Shown here: positions 1 to 9,278 of the stretch, in pieces
Layout: every line of letters begins with the position of its first letter
How positions within the stretch are numbered: position 1 is the stretch's first letter
Source of the DNA: Acidobacteriota bacterium
GTDB lineage: Bacteria > Acidobacteriota > Blastocatellia > HR10 > JACQTD01
DNA length: 40,323 nt
Direction of reading: 5' to 3'
NCBI GenBank assembly: GCA_016210985.1
Contig: JACQTD010000058.1
Span: 1 to 40,323 of the forward strand
The notes under the pieces: model-generated
Databases searched by the model: none
Told to the model about the DNA's origin: nothing
What the model saw: the letters and a program-made list of their open reading frames with translations, nothing else
Translations under genes and position numbers: made by a program

Positions 1-970
1 ACCGGGCCGGGAGGGTGTAGTTGAAGCGGGCGAGGGCTTCCGGCTGAGCGTGAACAATCTTATCGATCGTCTCACTGCCGTTGGCGCCGGAAAACGGCAG
101 ACGCCCAGTCGTCATCTCGTACAGCACCACGCCCAAGCTAATGAGGTCGGTCCGCTGGTCAAAGGCTCGTCCCAGCGCCTGCTCCGGACTCATGTACGCC
201 ACCGTACCCATCACCAGGCTGGGTTCGGTTGTAGTTGCAAGTACGCCGTCACCGCTCAGCGCGGGCTCCTCGGTTCGGGTCACTCTGGCCAGCCCGAAGT
301 CAACCACCTTCACACGACCGTCAGGCGTGATCATGATGTTGCCGGACTTGATGTCCCGGTGAATGATGCCTTCCCCGTGTGCCTCCTTAAGCGCGTCCAC
401 TACCTGGATACCGATGTCGATGACCTGAGCGTTCTCCAGTGAGCCGGCCTGGAGCCTGGCTGCCAGCGTCTCCCCTCGGACATACTCCATCGCGATGTAG
501 TTCACACCCTCCACGTCACCGATGTCATAGAGCGTGGCGATGTTCGGGTGGCTTATCGCCGAGGCCGCCCGCGCCTCCTGCTGAAAGCGCTTAACCCGCG
601 AGCCATCCGTGGTGAAGTATTCAGGCAGCAGTTTCAGCGCCACCTGACGCCCCAGCCGATGATCCTGGGCCAGGTAGACCTCTCCCATTCCGCCGGCGCC
701 AAGGCGGGACACAATCCGGTAGGGACCGATGTCTTCCCCGATCCTTGACCCGGTCTGTTCTTCAGCCATTAACTCAGCCGCTACATCCACCGCAGGGGCC
801 TCGATGAAGCTCCCCGCCTCCGCGTGCGCATGAAGCATCGCCTCGACTTTCCCACGCATCTCGTCATCGTTCGCGCAGGCTTTGTCCAGCAGTGCGGATC
901 GTTGCTCAGGCTCGTGCCCGAGGGCCGACTGGAAGACATTCTTGATCTTTTGCCAGCGCTCCGGGGTCAT
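1..970 (-). CDS. Hanks-type Ser/Thr protein kinase (partial, runs off left edge)
   Basis: Manual translation from ATG at 970: MTPERWQKIKNVFQSAL... LGAGGMGEVYLA, VALKLL, HRDIKSGN, DFGLA, GTVAYMSPEQ. Frame stays open to position 1; absent from the ORF track because it has no stop in the window. Confidence 0.95.
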   Translation of the reverse strand, partial: MTPERWQKIKNVFQSALGHEPEQRSALLDKACANDDEMRGKVEAMLHAHAEAGSFIEAPAVDVAAELMAEEQTGSRIGEDIGPYRIVSRLGAGGMGEVYLAQDHRLGRQVALKLLPEYFTTDGSRVKRFQQEARAASAISHPNIATLYDIGDVEGVNYIAMEYVRGETLAARLQAGSLENAQVIDIGIQVVDALKEAHGEGIIHRDIKSGNIMITPDGRVKVVDFGLARVTRTEEPALSGDGVLATTTEPSLVMGTVAYMSPEQALGRAFDQRTDLISLGVVLYEMTTGRLPFSGANGSETIDKIVHAQPEALARFNYTLPAR

Positions 971-1018
971 ACACCATGACTCATCATTCCTCACTCCTCA
1001 CGCATCATTCGTCAATCA

Positions 1019-1466
1019 TCACTCGCCACTCATCCCTGTATTCGTGATTTCGCAATAAAGCCATGCGCCAGCAGTCTGCCATTCGCGTTCTACCGTCGCA
1101 TGTGAAATCTGGAGCACCTCGGCCGTCTCAAAGCGACACCCGGAGGGCTCCGCCTCAACGCTTAGCGTGACGATGACTCCGGGCATGGTCCACCAGGACG
1201 CGACGCATCAATTGGGCGGCAACGCCGAAGAAATGGGCTGGATTCTGCCAGCGGATATTCTTGTAATCAATCAGCTTCAGGTACGCCTCATTGACCAGGG
1301 CTGAGGTTTGCAAGGTGTGGCCCGGGCTCTCCCGGCGCATGTAGAGACTGGCGAGCTGGCGCAGCTCCCCATCGACCATCGGAACCAGTTTCTCAAGGGC
1401 TGTCTGGTCCCCATTCCTCCAGTCCAAAAGCAGCTGGGTTACTTCCCCCTGTGAGGATGTCGCCAT
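1019..1466 (-). pseudogene. ECF sigma-70 factor (ECF43/TIGR02999-like), disrupted
   Basis: N-terminal VTQLLLDWRNGD..HTLQTSALVNEAYLKL..FFGVAAQLMRRVLVDHAR; TGA at 1155-1157 in place of the first G of KRGGG; then GGALRVSL and, after a frameshift, region-4 tail ETAEVLQISHATVEREWQTAGAWL ending at 1019. The linker and start of region 4 are missing. Confidence 0.85.
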
Positions 1467-1719
1467 AGCCCCTCATTTGCCTGATCAGATTGGTCTTGCA
1501 AGACGCAAGCATATCACATGCTCTCACCAGCGGACATTCCTGCGAAACCCGGGTAGTGGGTCAGTTTCGATGGAACAACCATGTATTACCATTTCCAAGG
1601 AACCGGATGGAGTGCCAATTCTGTAGATAGTATGAGAAGGCCAGTTTCCACGGAGTACCGGTAAAATGGTCTCCAGATTGAGAAAATCACGGGCTCGAAG
1701 CCCAAGGAGGAAACTGGCC

Positions 1720-2796
1720 ATGACCGAGTATAGCGCAACGATACCGAGCAGGACGATTGGAATCGATTTAGGGGATCAGTACAGCCACTTTTTTGTGTTG
1801 GATGAGGCCGGGCAGGAGGTGGAATCAGGGCGGGTAGCGACCAGCCAGGCGGGTATGAAGAAGTTCAAAGGGATGGAACGGGCACGGATCGTGATCGAGG
1901 TGGGGACGCACTCGCCGTGGGTGAGCCGGAAGCTGGAGGAATGGGGGCACGAGGTGGTGGTGGCCAATGCACGGCAAGTGCACTTGATCTCGAAGAATGA
2001 TCGCAAGAGCGACCGGGTCGATCCGGAGCTGTTAGCGAGGCTGGGGCGGATGGATACGAAGCTGTTGAGGCCGCTTCGGCATCGTGCGGCGAAGGGGCAG
2101 GCGGATCTGGCGGTGTTGAGATCCCGGGATGCGCTGGTGCAGGGGCGCAGTGCGCTGATCAATCACGTGCGAGGATCGGTGAAATCGTGGGGGGCGAGGA
2201 TTCGGAAAGGCTCAGCCGAGGGTTTCCACAAACGGGTCGGGGACATACCGGAAGCGTTGCAGCCGGCGCTGAAGCCGGTGATGCAGACAATCGAGCGGCT
2301 GACGCAGGAGATTCGGCAATATGATCGGAAAGTGGAGAAGATGGGCGAAGCGGAATATCCGGAGACGGCACAACTGCGGCAGATCACGGGCGTCGGGCCG
2401 TTAACGTCGCTGGCGTATGTGTTGACGCTGGAGGATCCGCATCGTTTTCCGAAAGGGCGTACGGTGGGTCGATACCTGGGGCTGACGCCGAAGCAGAGCG
2501 ATTCGGGCGATCAAGCGCCGCAGTTGCGGATTAGCAAGGCGGGAGACCGGATGCTGCGAAGGTTACTGGTCAGCAGCGGACAATACATCCTCGGGCCGTT
2601 TGGGCCGGATTGCGACCTGCGCAGATGGGGGATGCAACGGTATGAGCGGGGAGGGAAGAATGCGAAGAAACGGGCGGTGGTGGCCGTAGCTCGGAAGCTG
2701 GCCGTGTTGTTGCACCGGTTATGGGTCAGCGGGGAGCAATATGATCCCTGGCGCCATCACCGGGGCCAACCGCCGGTTGTCGAAGCCGTCGCCTGA
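1720..2796 (+). CDS. IS110-family DEDD transposase/recombinase
   Basis: IGIDLG, VIEVG, KSDRVD (DEDD), C-terminal GVGPLT..GLTPKQSDSG..RISKAG..AVARKLA; AAGGAGG RBS before ATG 1720 (ORF track starts at 1666). Confidence 0.95.
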   Translation: MTEYSATIPSRTIGIDLGDQYSHFFVLDEAGQEVESGRVATSQAGMKKFKGMERARIVIEVGTHSPWVSRKLEEWGHEVVVANARQVHLISKNDRKSDRVDPELLARLGRMDTKLLRPLRHRAAKGQADLAVLRSRDALVQGRSALINHVRGSVKSWGARIRKGSAEGFHKRVGDIPEALQPALKPVMQTIERLTQEIRQYDRKVEKMGEAEYPETAQLRQITGVGPLTSLAYVLTLEDPHRFPKGRTVGRYLGLTPKQSDSGDQAPQLRISKAGDRMLRRLLVSSGQYILGPFGPDCDLRRWGMQRYERGGKNAKKRAVVAVARKLAVLLHRLWVSGEQYDPWRHHRGQPPVVEAVA

Positions 2797-2899
2797 GGTC
2801 AAAGCGTTAGGTTGGAGGCTAGGGCAACCCTGAAGCCAGGAGTGCCGAGAGAGAACCGTTCGAGCCTAGACGAGGATGCCAAGGAATACCATGAGCGCA

Positions 2900-3070
2900 T
2901 TGCCGGGTCCCGGTGACTGCGGACCTCCCCCAGACTCTACGACCGAACCCAACCGGGTAAGGTCGAGGTCGGGCTGTAGATGGCAGCACCGGAACTTGTC
3001 GAACACCATAGTGCACGTCGTCGCCCAGGGGTCGATGACACCCAAGTGCGAATGGAAGCAGGGCAAGCCA
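2900..3070 (+). ncRNA. Predicted bridge RNA / seekRNA of the IS1111 element
   Basis: Two consecutive stem-internal loop-stem units; loop 1 holds ACCTCCCCC (2923-2931) and CTGTAG (2974-2979), matching both sides of the target; loop 2 holds ATGGAAG (3052-3058), matching the donor junction. RNA boundaries approximate. Confidence 0.75.
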
Positions 3071-3271
3071 AAGGTGGAATCTCGAGGGCATCAAGCGCCA
3101 AGGCAAGGCATGGCCATTAAGGCACGATATCTGTGAGGGGCTGAACCCTGATCAGCAGGTATGACCGACCGAACGCACAGCCACAACGCAAGGGGACCTT
3201 AAGGGCGCAGTGAGAGGTGGTCCCGAAAGCACTACCAGCAAAGACCGTTGGATCTGCCCGCCACGTCGGGC

Positions 3272-3277
3272 TTGACA
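3272..3277 (+). promoter_or_regulatory. Outward-facing -35 hexamer at IS right end (circle-junction promoter half)
   Basis: Perfect TTGACA just inside the right inverted repeat; on the predicted circle it sits 18 bp from GATAGT supplied by the core and left end. Confidence 0.7.
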
Positions 3278-3295
3278 AGAGGCCTTCTCATGGAA

Positions 3296-3400
3296 GGGGG
3301 AGGTGGCCCTGCCTCCCCCGTCCTTGCGGTCAGGGAAGAATCGAGTCGGGTAAACAGCTCGGCGCAAACCCGGGGGAGGCAGGGCCACCTCCCCCTACAG
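3296..3400. repeat. GTAG-class REP doublet (REPIN-like), left arm interrupted by the IS
   Basis: 3371-3400 is the exact reverse complement of CTGTAG (1621-1626) joined to 3297-3320: CTGTAGGGGGAGGTGGCCCTGCCTCCCCCG; each arm has an internal GGGGGAGG/CCTCCCCC palindrome. Confidence 0.85.
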
Positions 3401-3456
3401 CCGATCCGGGAAGCCGGCTTGTTCGCTGAGGCCGATCTCTTTAAGATGATCGCGCA

Positions 3457-4299
3457 ATGTTTCTTCGGTTCATTGCCGTGACCATCCTGAGCGCGCTGTT
3501 GATCGGCGGCAACCTGCCGTATGGACAGGAGAAAGGCAGAGATAAAGGCAAGGATAAGGAGCCCCCGCCGGTCAAGCTGACGAGAAAGGGTGACAAGCGC
3601 GCGTTGGAGGCTGCCGACCGGGCTTCAGACGCCTATGGCGGTTCCGGAGCGCTCGCTCTTTTCCGTCAGAAGGGGCAGCTTCGGGGTATCCTGAAAATCT
3701 TTACCGATGAAGATACCCACAGGGAAGGCAGCATCACGATCCGGTTCAAACGCACCCTGGGCAAGATGGATGACTTTAAGCGAGTCGATATCGAACTACC
3801 GGGAGCGCCTATCCTGTCCATCGGGTACGACGGCGAGAAGATCTGGGGGGCCGAGAACGGCCAACCTACCGTCCTGCGCCTGCGGGCAGAACAGATGTTT
3901 CAGTTGGAATTGATCAACCACTACGAAACCCTGTTGCGGAATCGTGAGCTGGTTCACGAATTGAAGTATGTCGGTCGTGAGAAGCGGTCGGGTATCGAGG
4001 TCGACATCATCGACCTGGTCGCCGGCTCCGGAACGCCCTTACGGAACTTTGTCAGCACCAAGACGTCGCGGGTGCTTCGCGTTGAATACGACGTGGCTCT
4101 ACCCCGCGATGAGCGACCCATCCGCATTCAGGAAGCCTACTTCGATTTTCGCGTGGTGCAGAATACCCTCGCGCCATATCGCGTGGAGCGTTACGAGAAC
4201 GACCGACGCGTCCAGGAGATCCAATTCACCGAAATCGCCTTCGGCATCGCCATTGACGATGCCGTCTTCAAGTCCGCCGACGACCTAAAATCGAAATAG
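3457..4299 (+). CDS. Exported hypothetical protein, possibly LolA-like/outer-membrane lipoprotein-sorting fold
   Basis: 280-aa ORF with signal peptide and beta-rich body ending YFDFRVVQNTLAPYRVE..IDDAVF, a pattern common in LolA-like proteins. Confidence 0.6.
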   Translation: MFLRFIAVTILSALLIGGNLPYGQEKGRDKGKDKEPPPVKLTRKGDKRALEAADRASDAYGGSGALALFRQKGQLRGILKIFTDEDTHREGSITIRFKRTLGKMDDFKRVDIELPGAPILSIGYDGEKIWGAENGQPTVLRLRAEQMFQLELINHYETLLRNRELVHELKYVGREKRSGIEVDIIDLVAGSGTPLRNFVSTKTSRVLRVEYDVALPRDERPIRIQEAYFDFRVVQNTLAPYRVERYENDRRVQEIQFTEIAFGIAIDDAVFKSADDLKSK

Positions 4300-4312
4300 A
4301 CCGGACATCCTC

Positions 4313-5323
4313 CTAGATCGTCCTGCCCATCGCGGATACGATCACCCGCAACTGACCCATCAGCCCGTCAAACTGCGCGGGCAGGAGCGCTTGTGGGCCG
4401 TCGCACTGGGCGTTGTCGGGATCATGATGCACCTCCAGGATCAGCGCGTCGGCGCCTGCGGCCACCGCAGCGCGGGCCATCGGGATAACTTTGTCGCGGC
4501 GTCCGGTGGCGTGGCTGGGATCCGCCACCACCGGGAAATAAGTCAGTTTTTTCAGGACGGGGATGGCGGAGATGTCCAGTGTGTAACGGAGCGAGGTCTC
4601 GAACGTACGAATGCCTCTCTCGCAGACCAGCACCTGGTTGTTACCACCGGAGACGATATACTCGGTGGAGAGCAGCGTCTCTTCGATCGTAGCCGCCGGA
4701 CCCCGTTTGAGCATAACCGGTTTTCGCTGGCGGCCGAGTTCCCGAAGCAGGTTGAAGTTCTGCATATTGCGCGCGCCAACCTGGAGGATGTCGGCGTATT
4801 CGGACACCATGGGAATCTGGGAAATCTCCATGACCTCCGATATGACCTTGAGACCATGCCGGTCCGCGGCTTCGCGCAGGTATCGTAAACCCTCCTCACC
4901 CAGTCCCTGGAAACTGTATGGAGAAGTTCTCGGCTTGAAGGCGCCGCCGCGGAGAATCCTGGCGCCGCTCCGGCTCACGTACGAGGCGATCGTGTCCACC
5001 TGTTCGCGGCTCTCCACCGCGCACGGACCCGCCATGACCACGACCCGGTCGCCGCCGATCCGTACGTCGCCGATCCGGATCTCCATGCCTTCCGGCTTGA
5101 ACTCACGCGAGGAGAGTTTGTATGGCGTCGTGATCCGAACCACCTCCGCGACGCCTTCCAGCAGTTCAAGTTCGCGGGTGTCCACCACCTTGGCCCCTAC
5201 CGCGCCCAGAAGCGTTCGCGTTACGCCTGTGCTCCTGTGGGTGTCGAAACCGAGGTTGGTGAGTCGGTCGATCACCTTGCTGATTTGGGTTTCGGTGGCC
5301 TTCTCTTCCATTACGACAATCAT
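4313..5323 (-). CDS. aroF: DAHP synthase (class I-beta) with N-terminal regulatory domain
   Basis: [52 protein letters not shown]. Confidence 0.95.
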   Translation of the reverse strand: MIVVMEEKATETQISKVIDRLTNLGFDTHRSTGVTRTLLGAVGAKVVDTRELELLEGVAEVVRITTPYKLSSREFKPEGMEIRIGDVRIGGDRVVVMAGPCAVESREQVDTIASYVSRSGARILRGGAFKPRTSPYSFQGLGEEGLRYLREAADRHGLKVISEVMEISQIPMVSEYADILQVGARNMQNFNLLRELGRQRKPVMLKRGPAATIEETLLSTEYIVSGGNNQVLVCERGIRTFETSLRYTLDISAIPVLKKLTYFPVVADPSHATGRRDKVIPMARAAVAAGADALILEVHHDPDNAQCDGPQALLPAQFDGLMGQLRVIVSAMGRTI

Positions 5324-5327
5324 GGAA

Positions 5328-5654
5328 TTACCTCACTTGAGGATCGGGTTCGGGCGGCGAGTCGAACGAGGCCTGTTGAGGCCCATCCCCTGCCATGGTG
5401 ATACGCTCCAGCCGCCGCGCCTCGTCAATAATTCGCTCGAAGAGCCGGCGAATGGCATCATCGGGCAGGGGGCCGGGGTTGCAGTGCGTGACGTGCTCAA
5501 TGACCTCGGCTTCGCGCGCAGGTGAATAGATCTCCAGCCCGCGGGAGTGCTTGATCTTTCCAATCTCGACGGCGTATTGAGAACGCGCGTTGAGCAGGAT
5601 GACGAGCTGGCCGTCCACTTCATCGATTCTCTTGCGCCAATCCTCTATGTCCAC
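5328..5654 (-). CDS. Chorismate mutase (AroQ type)
   Basis: [34 protein letters not shown]; between trpA and aroF. Confidence 0.9.
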   Translation of the reverse strand: MDIEDWRKRIDEVDGQLVILLNARSQYAVEIGKIKHSRGLEIYSPAREAEVIEHVTHCNPGPLPDDAIRRLFERIIDEARRLERITMAGDGPQQASFDSPPEPDPQVR

Positions 5655-5658
5655 GCGA

Positions 5659-6459
5659 TCATCCCTCCGAACCTTCCTTCAGCCACCTGAAGAAATCCGT
5701 GACGCGCTTGACCAGATCCGCCTGGCCTCGCCGTTGCTCAATCTCGCGAACCAGGGCGCTGCCGACGACAGCGGCATCGGCGAATTGCCATACCTCGCGT
5801 ACCTGTTCGGGGCGGGATACCCCGAAACCCACCGCGACAGGCAGGGAGGAGAATCTCCGGATCCGGCCGGCGAGTTGCCTCGCCGCCTCGGAGAGATTCT
5901 CCTGAACGCCGGTCACCCCGGTTCGCGACACTGCGTAGATGAACCCGGAGGCGGCCCGGCTGATCAGCTCTAGACGGTCATCCGTGCTCGTCGGCGCCGC
6001 CAGAAAGATGACATCAATCCCGCGCGCGCGGAACGCGGGCGTGACGGCGCCCGACTCCTCCGGCGTCAAATCGGTGACCAGCAGTCCCTCGATCCTGCTT
6101 TCCGACATCTCCTCGGCGAGGCGCTCCAGCCCGAAACTGAGTAGCGGGTTTAAATAACTGAAGAGCACGATCGGAAGGGAACACTCCCGCCGCGCCTGGC
6201 CGGCCAATGCGAGACAGTCAGAGACCGATACCCGGTTTTTCAGCGCCCTCTCCGAGGCGCGCTGGATCACGGGTCCATCCGCCATCGGGTCCGAAAATGG
6301 AACGCCGAGCTCCAGAACAGCTGCGCCCGCGCGATCCAGGGCGAGAATCAATTCGCCCGTGGTTTCGAGATCCGGATCGCCTGCGGTAATAAACGGAATC
6401 AGCCCATTAGGGCGCTGTCCCTCGACCCTCGCCAGTCTCGCTGCCGTGCCCGGCATCAA
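5659..6459 (-). CDS. trpA: Tryptophan synthase alpha subunit
   Basis: [42 protein letters not shown]. Confidence 0.97.
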   Translation of the reverse strand: MMPGTAARLARVEGQRPNGLIPFITAGDPDLETTGELILALDRAGAAVLELGVPFSDPMADGPVIQRASERALKNRVSVSDCLALAGQARRECSLPIVLFSYLNPLLSFGLERLAEEMSESRIEGLLVTDLTPEESGAVTPAFRARGIDVIFLAAPTSTDDRLELISRAASGFIYAVSRTGVTGVQENLSEAARQLAGRIRRFSSLPVAVGFGVSRPEQVREVWQFADAAVVGSALVREIEQRRGQADLVKRVTDFFRWLKEGSEG

Positions 6460-7709
6460 AACGCCCCCGCGATCGGATCCGCGGCCAGCCTGTCAGCCAC
6501 CGTCTGTACGTCCTTGTCGCCCCGCCCGGAGAGATTGACGATCAGGATCTCACGAGCGGACATCGACGGAGCCATCTTGAGCGTATGCGCAACGGCGTGA
6601 GCCGATTCGAGCGCGGGGATGATGCCTTCGAGCCGGCTTAAGAGTTGAAACGCTTCGATTGCCTCATCGTCGCCGGCACGGGCATACTCGACCCGGCCGA
6701 GATCGTGGAGCAGCGCATGTTCCGGACCTACGGCGGCGTAGTCAAGACCGGCGGAGATCGAGTGCGTGCTCGCGATCTGCCCCTGGCCGTCCTGCAGAAT
6801 GAAACTCCGGGTTCCCTGGAGAACGCCGACGCGGCCGCCGTCAAACCGCGACGCATGCTGCCCGAGCGCCGGTCCCATTCCGCCGGCTTCGACACCCACC
6901 ATGCGGATTCCGGGCTCATCCAGGAATTCGTGGAACAGGCCGATCGCGTTGCTGCCTCCGCCTACACAGGCCACCAATGCATCCGGCAGCTTCCCTTCAG
7001 CCTCCATGATCTGCCCTCGGGTCTCTCTTCCGATGATCGACTGGAATTCCCGCACGATCAGCGGGTACGGGTGAGGACCGAGGGCGGAGCCCAGCAGGTA
7101 ATAGGTGGATTCCACATTGGTCACCCAATCCCGCAACGCCTCATTGATCGCGTCCTTAAGCGTGCGGCTTCCGGCCCCGACCGCTCGCACCTCGGCGCCG
7201 AGCAGGCGCATGCGGAAGACATTAAGCTCCTGCCGCCGCATGTCCTCCGACCCCATGTAGACGACGCACTGCAGCCCCATGAGGGCGCAGACGGTCGCGG
7301 TGGCCACCCCGTGCTGCCCGGCCCCGGTCTCGGCAATGATCCGGTGTTTGCCCATCCGGCGGGCAAGCAGGATCTGACCAATGGCATTGTTGATCTTGTG
7401 CGCGCCGGTATGATTGAGGTCTTCGCGTTTGAGGTAGATCCTGGCACCGCCGCAACGCTCGGTCAGCCGCCGGGCGAAGAACAGTGGAGTCGGCCGTCCC
7501 GAATAATGGCGCAGAAGCGCCCCGTTCTCAGCGAGAAATTCCGGATCGTGACGCGCCCGAAGGAATTGGCTCGTTAACTCCTCCAACGCGCGCATCAGCG
7601 TCTCGGGGACAAACCTCCCGCCATATTCGCCGAAGTGTCCAAGGGCGTCCGGATCGGACCGAAGACTCGGGCCGGTCGGTTGATGGGAGCGGGTTGATTG
7701 GTTGGCCAT
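6456..7709 (-). CDS. trpB: Tryptophan synthase beta subunit
   Basis: [48 protein letters not shown]. Confidence 0.98.
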   Translation of the reverse strand: MANQSTRSHQPTGPSLRSDPDALGHFGEYGGRFVPETLMRALEELTSQFLRARHDPEFLAENGALLRHYSGRPTPLFFARRLTERCGGARIYLKREDLNHTGAHKINNAIGQILLARRMGKHRIIAETGAGQHGVATATVCALMGLQCVVYMGSEDMRRQELNVFRMRLLGAEVRAVGAGSRTLKDAINEALRDWVTNVESTYYLLGSALGPHPYPLIVREFQSIIGRETRGQIMEAEGKLPDALVACVGGGSNAIGLFHEFLDEPGIRMVGVEAGGMGPALGQHASRFDGGRVGVLQGTRSFILQDGQGQIASTHSISAGLDYAAVGPEHALLHDLGRVEYARAGDDEAIEAFQLLSRLEGIIPALESAHAVAHTLKMAPSMSAREILIVNLSGRGDKDVQTVADRLAADPIAGAF

Positions 7710-7758
7710 CCCATCAACTATACGGGCATCGCCTCATAGCCGTAAAGTGGAGCCTGGC

Positions 7759-7824
7759 TCGTAGTTCCGCCTTATAGGCGGGCAGTGCCTGGGGGGCAAG
7801 ACCCGGCTGAGGCCGGAACTACGA
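7759..7824. repeat. GTAG-class REP doublet upstream of trpB
   Basis: TCGTAGTTCCG (7759-7769) / CGGAACTACGA (7814-7824) perfect inverted repeat; each arm continues into a short hairpin (CCGCCT-TAT-AGGCGG; CCGGC-TGAG-GCCGG). Confidence 0.7.
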
Positions 7825-7855
7825 ACCCGGGGTACTACCATCACCATACGAACGC

Positions 7856-8926
7856 CTACTTCAATTCCTCGTACCGAAGGAGTACGCCCCCGTTTCCCGC
7901 CGCCCAACCGTGATTAGAGGTCAGGAATTGAATGTGGGTGAGATCCGTGGTGACGGTCGATTCAACGACACGCCAGTCGTTCCCGCCGTTGCTGGTGTAT
8001 AGCATCGTGCCGCCGTTACCCACGATCCAGCCTTCGCGAGGGTTGAGAAACCAGACATCACGCAGATCCTTGCCATGTCCGGCTCTTCGGTATTCCCAGC
8101 TCCGGCCTCCGTTGCTTGTCCGCAGCGCGTACCCGCCGTTGCCCACGATCCAGCCATGCTCAGTGTCGGAGAAACTCAGCGCGTTTCCGGTGAATCCTTC
8201 CCGCGTGGTCATCATCGACCAGCTCCGGCCACCGTCGGTGGTCTTGTAGCTGCTTCCCTTCATCTCGCAGGTCCAACCGTGATCGGCGTCGACAAAATCG
8301 AGCGCCACGATTTCATTGCCGAACGGATACCCGAGCGTCTGCCAGGTAGCCCCGCCGTCCACGGTCCGAAGCAGCACGCCGGGCATGGAGAATCCCGGCT
8401 GCTGCCGGCCGCCGCCCCAGGCCCAGCCTGTCTTTGCATCAACAAAGAACAGGTGGTCCACCGGCTCGGGCATTTCAACCAACTTCTTGCCCTCCGGCAT
8501 CGATTCGTTGCGGGCCTGGATCACGCCGGCCGAGCGCTGGACGGTCCAGAGCGCCCCGGCATCTTGCGTGTGGAGAATGTGGTTCTCCAGCGTGATCGCC
8601 CATCCGGTTTGCGGCGTGAGGAAGAATACCTTTCGAATCTTCGCCTCGGCCTGGCCGGTCATCGGTTTCCACGTCAGACCCGAATCGTCGGACACGATGA
8701 CCGTCCACCCTCCAGTCTTTCCTTCGCTCAGCCCGTCCCAACCGACGAGGAAGCCGTTTCGCTCGTCAATAAACCGCAGCCCGAAGAAGGCGTCCTGACG
8801 CATCGTCGGCTGCTGCACCCACCGGCCCCGAGCGCCTTCGCGGCCACAGCCCGCCGAAAAGAGGATAGGGCAGAACAGCAGCACTAGTCCGACCGTGCGA
8901 CAACCGCTGCTTCCGATCAATGCCAT
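7856..8926 (-). CDS. YCF48/BNR-repeat beta-propeller lipoprotein
   Basis: Lipobox-like SAGC; repeated F....GW.VG..G and T.DGG.TW (Asp-box) units. Confidence 0.85.
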   Translation of the reverse strand: MALIGSSGCRTVGLVLLFCPILFSAGCGREGARGRWVQQPTMRQDAFFGLRFIDERNGFLVGWDGLSEGKTGGWTVIVSDDSGLTWKPMTGQAEAKIRKVFFLTPQTGWAITLENHILHTQDAGALWTVQRSAGVIQARNESMPEGKKLVEMPEPVDHLFFVDAKTGWAWGGGRQQPGFSMPGVLLRTVDGGATWQTLGYPFGNEIVALDFVDADHGWTCEMKGSSYKTTDGGRSWSMMTTREGFTGNALSFSDTEHGWIVGNGGYALRTSNGGRSWEYRRAGHGKDLRDVWFLNPREGWIVGNGGTMLYTSNGGNDWRVVESTVTTDLTHIQFLTSNHGWAAGNGGVLLRYEELK

Positions 8927-8984
8927 TTCTCCCCCGGGCGGCGTACAAAGTGCGTCGATACTACATCATGCTCATGCGTGCGCA

Positions 8985-9278
8985 TCAGGGTGAGCCAGCC
9001 TTCTTCCTCTTCTTTGCCTCACTGTGCAAAAAACGAACCGATTCCTTTGCCGAAGCAAAGGGACCGTGGGTACGTCCGGCGCGAATGTCCTCGATGCTCT
9101 CGGCAAGCCGCTTCTCGATTAGCGTCTTCGGGGTGAAGACAAGCCGATGACCATGAAGGGCAACTTCGAGGTAGTCACCCGGAGCCAAGCCCAGCTCATC
9201 GTGGAGCTTCTTAGGAATTACGACCTGTCGGCTTACGCCAAGCTTAACAGCGGTACCCTTCTGAGATTGTATTTTCAT
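8985..9278 (-). CDS. AbrB/MazE/SpoVT-family DNA-binding protein (antitoxin-like)
   Basis: VKLGVSRQVVIPKKLHDELGLAPGDYLEV swapped-hairpin motif; C-terminal EDIRAGRTHGPFAS tail typical of antitoxins. Confidence 0.85.
   Translation of the reverse strand: MKIQSQKGTAVKLGVSRQVVIPKKLHDELGLAPGDYLEVALHGHRLVFTPKTLIEKRLAESIEDIRAGRTHGPFASAKESVRFLHSEAKKRKKAGSP

Larger units (their letters stand above)
1625..3296 (+). mobile_element. IS110-family, IS1111-type insertion sequence
   Basis: 11-bp sub-terminal inverted repeats ATGAGAAGGCC (1632-1642) / GGCCTTCTCAT (3281-3291); AG core at 1625-1626 and 3295-3296; DEDD transposase followed by a ~500-bp non-coding region; removing the element restores a perfect REP arm. 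Confidence 0.92.

Noticed and set aside
971-1035. TCAT/TCAC-rich low-complexity stretch between sigma and kinase
   Set aside because: No regular period or conserved unit; not a CRISPR or tandem array.
1155-1157. TGA read-through or recoding in the ECF sigma gene
   Set aside because: A deletion and frameshift follow, and TGA is used as a normal stop throughout the window.
2819-3481. Several 66-95 aa ORFs in the IS right end and REP region as cargo genes
   Set aside because: No motifs; region better explained as guide RNA, IS end and REP.
7710-7855. Possible trp attenuator/leader peptide upstream of trpB
   Set aside because: The short minus-strand ORF here has no Trp codons and the hairpins are explained as a GTAG REP doublet.
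4391-8887. Long plus-strand ORFs opposite aroF, trpB and the YCF48-like gene (e.g. 4611-5525, 6645-7577, 8075-8887)
   Set aside because: Antisense shadows of well-supported genes in GC-rich DNA; no motifs.
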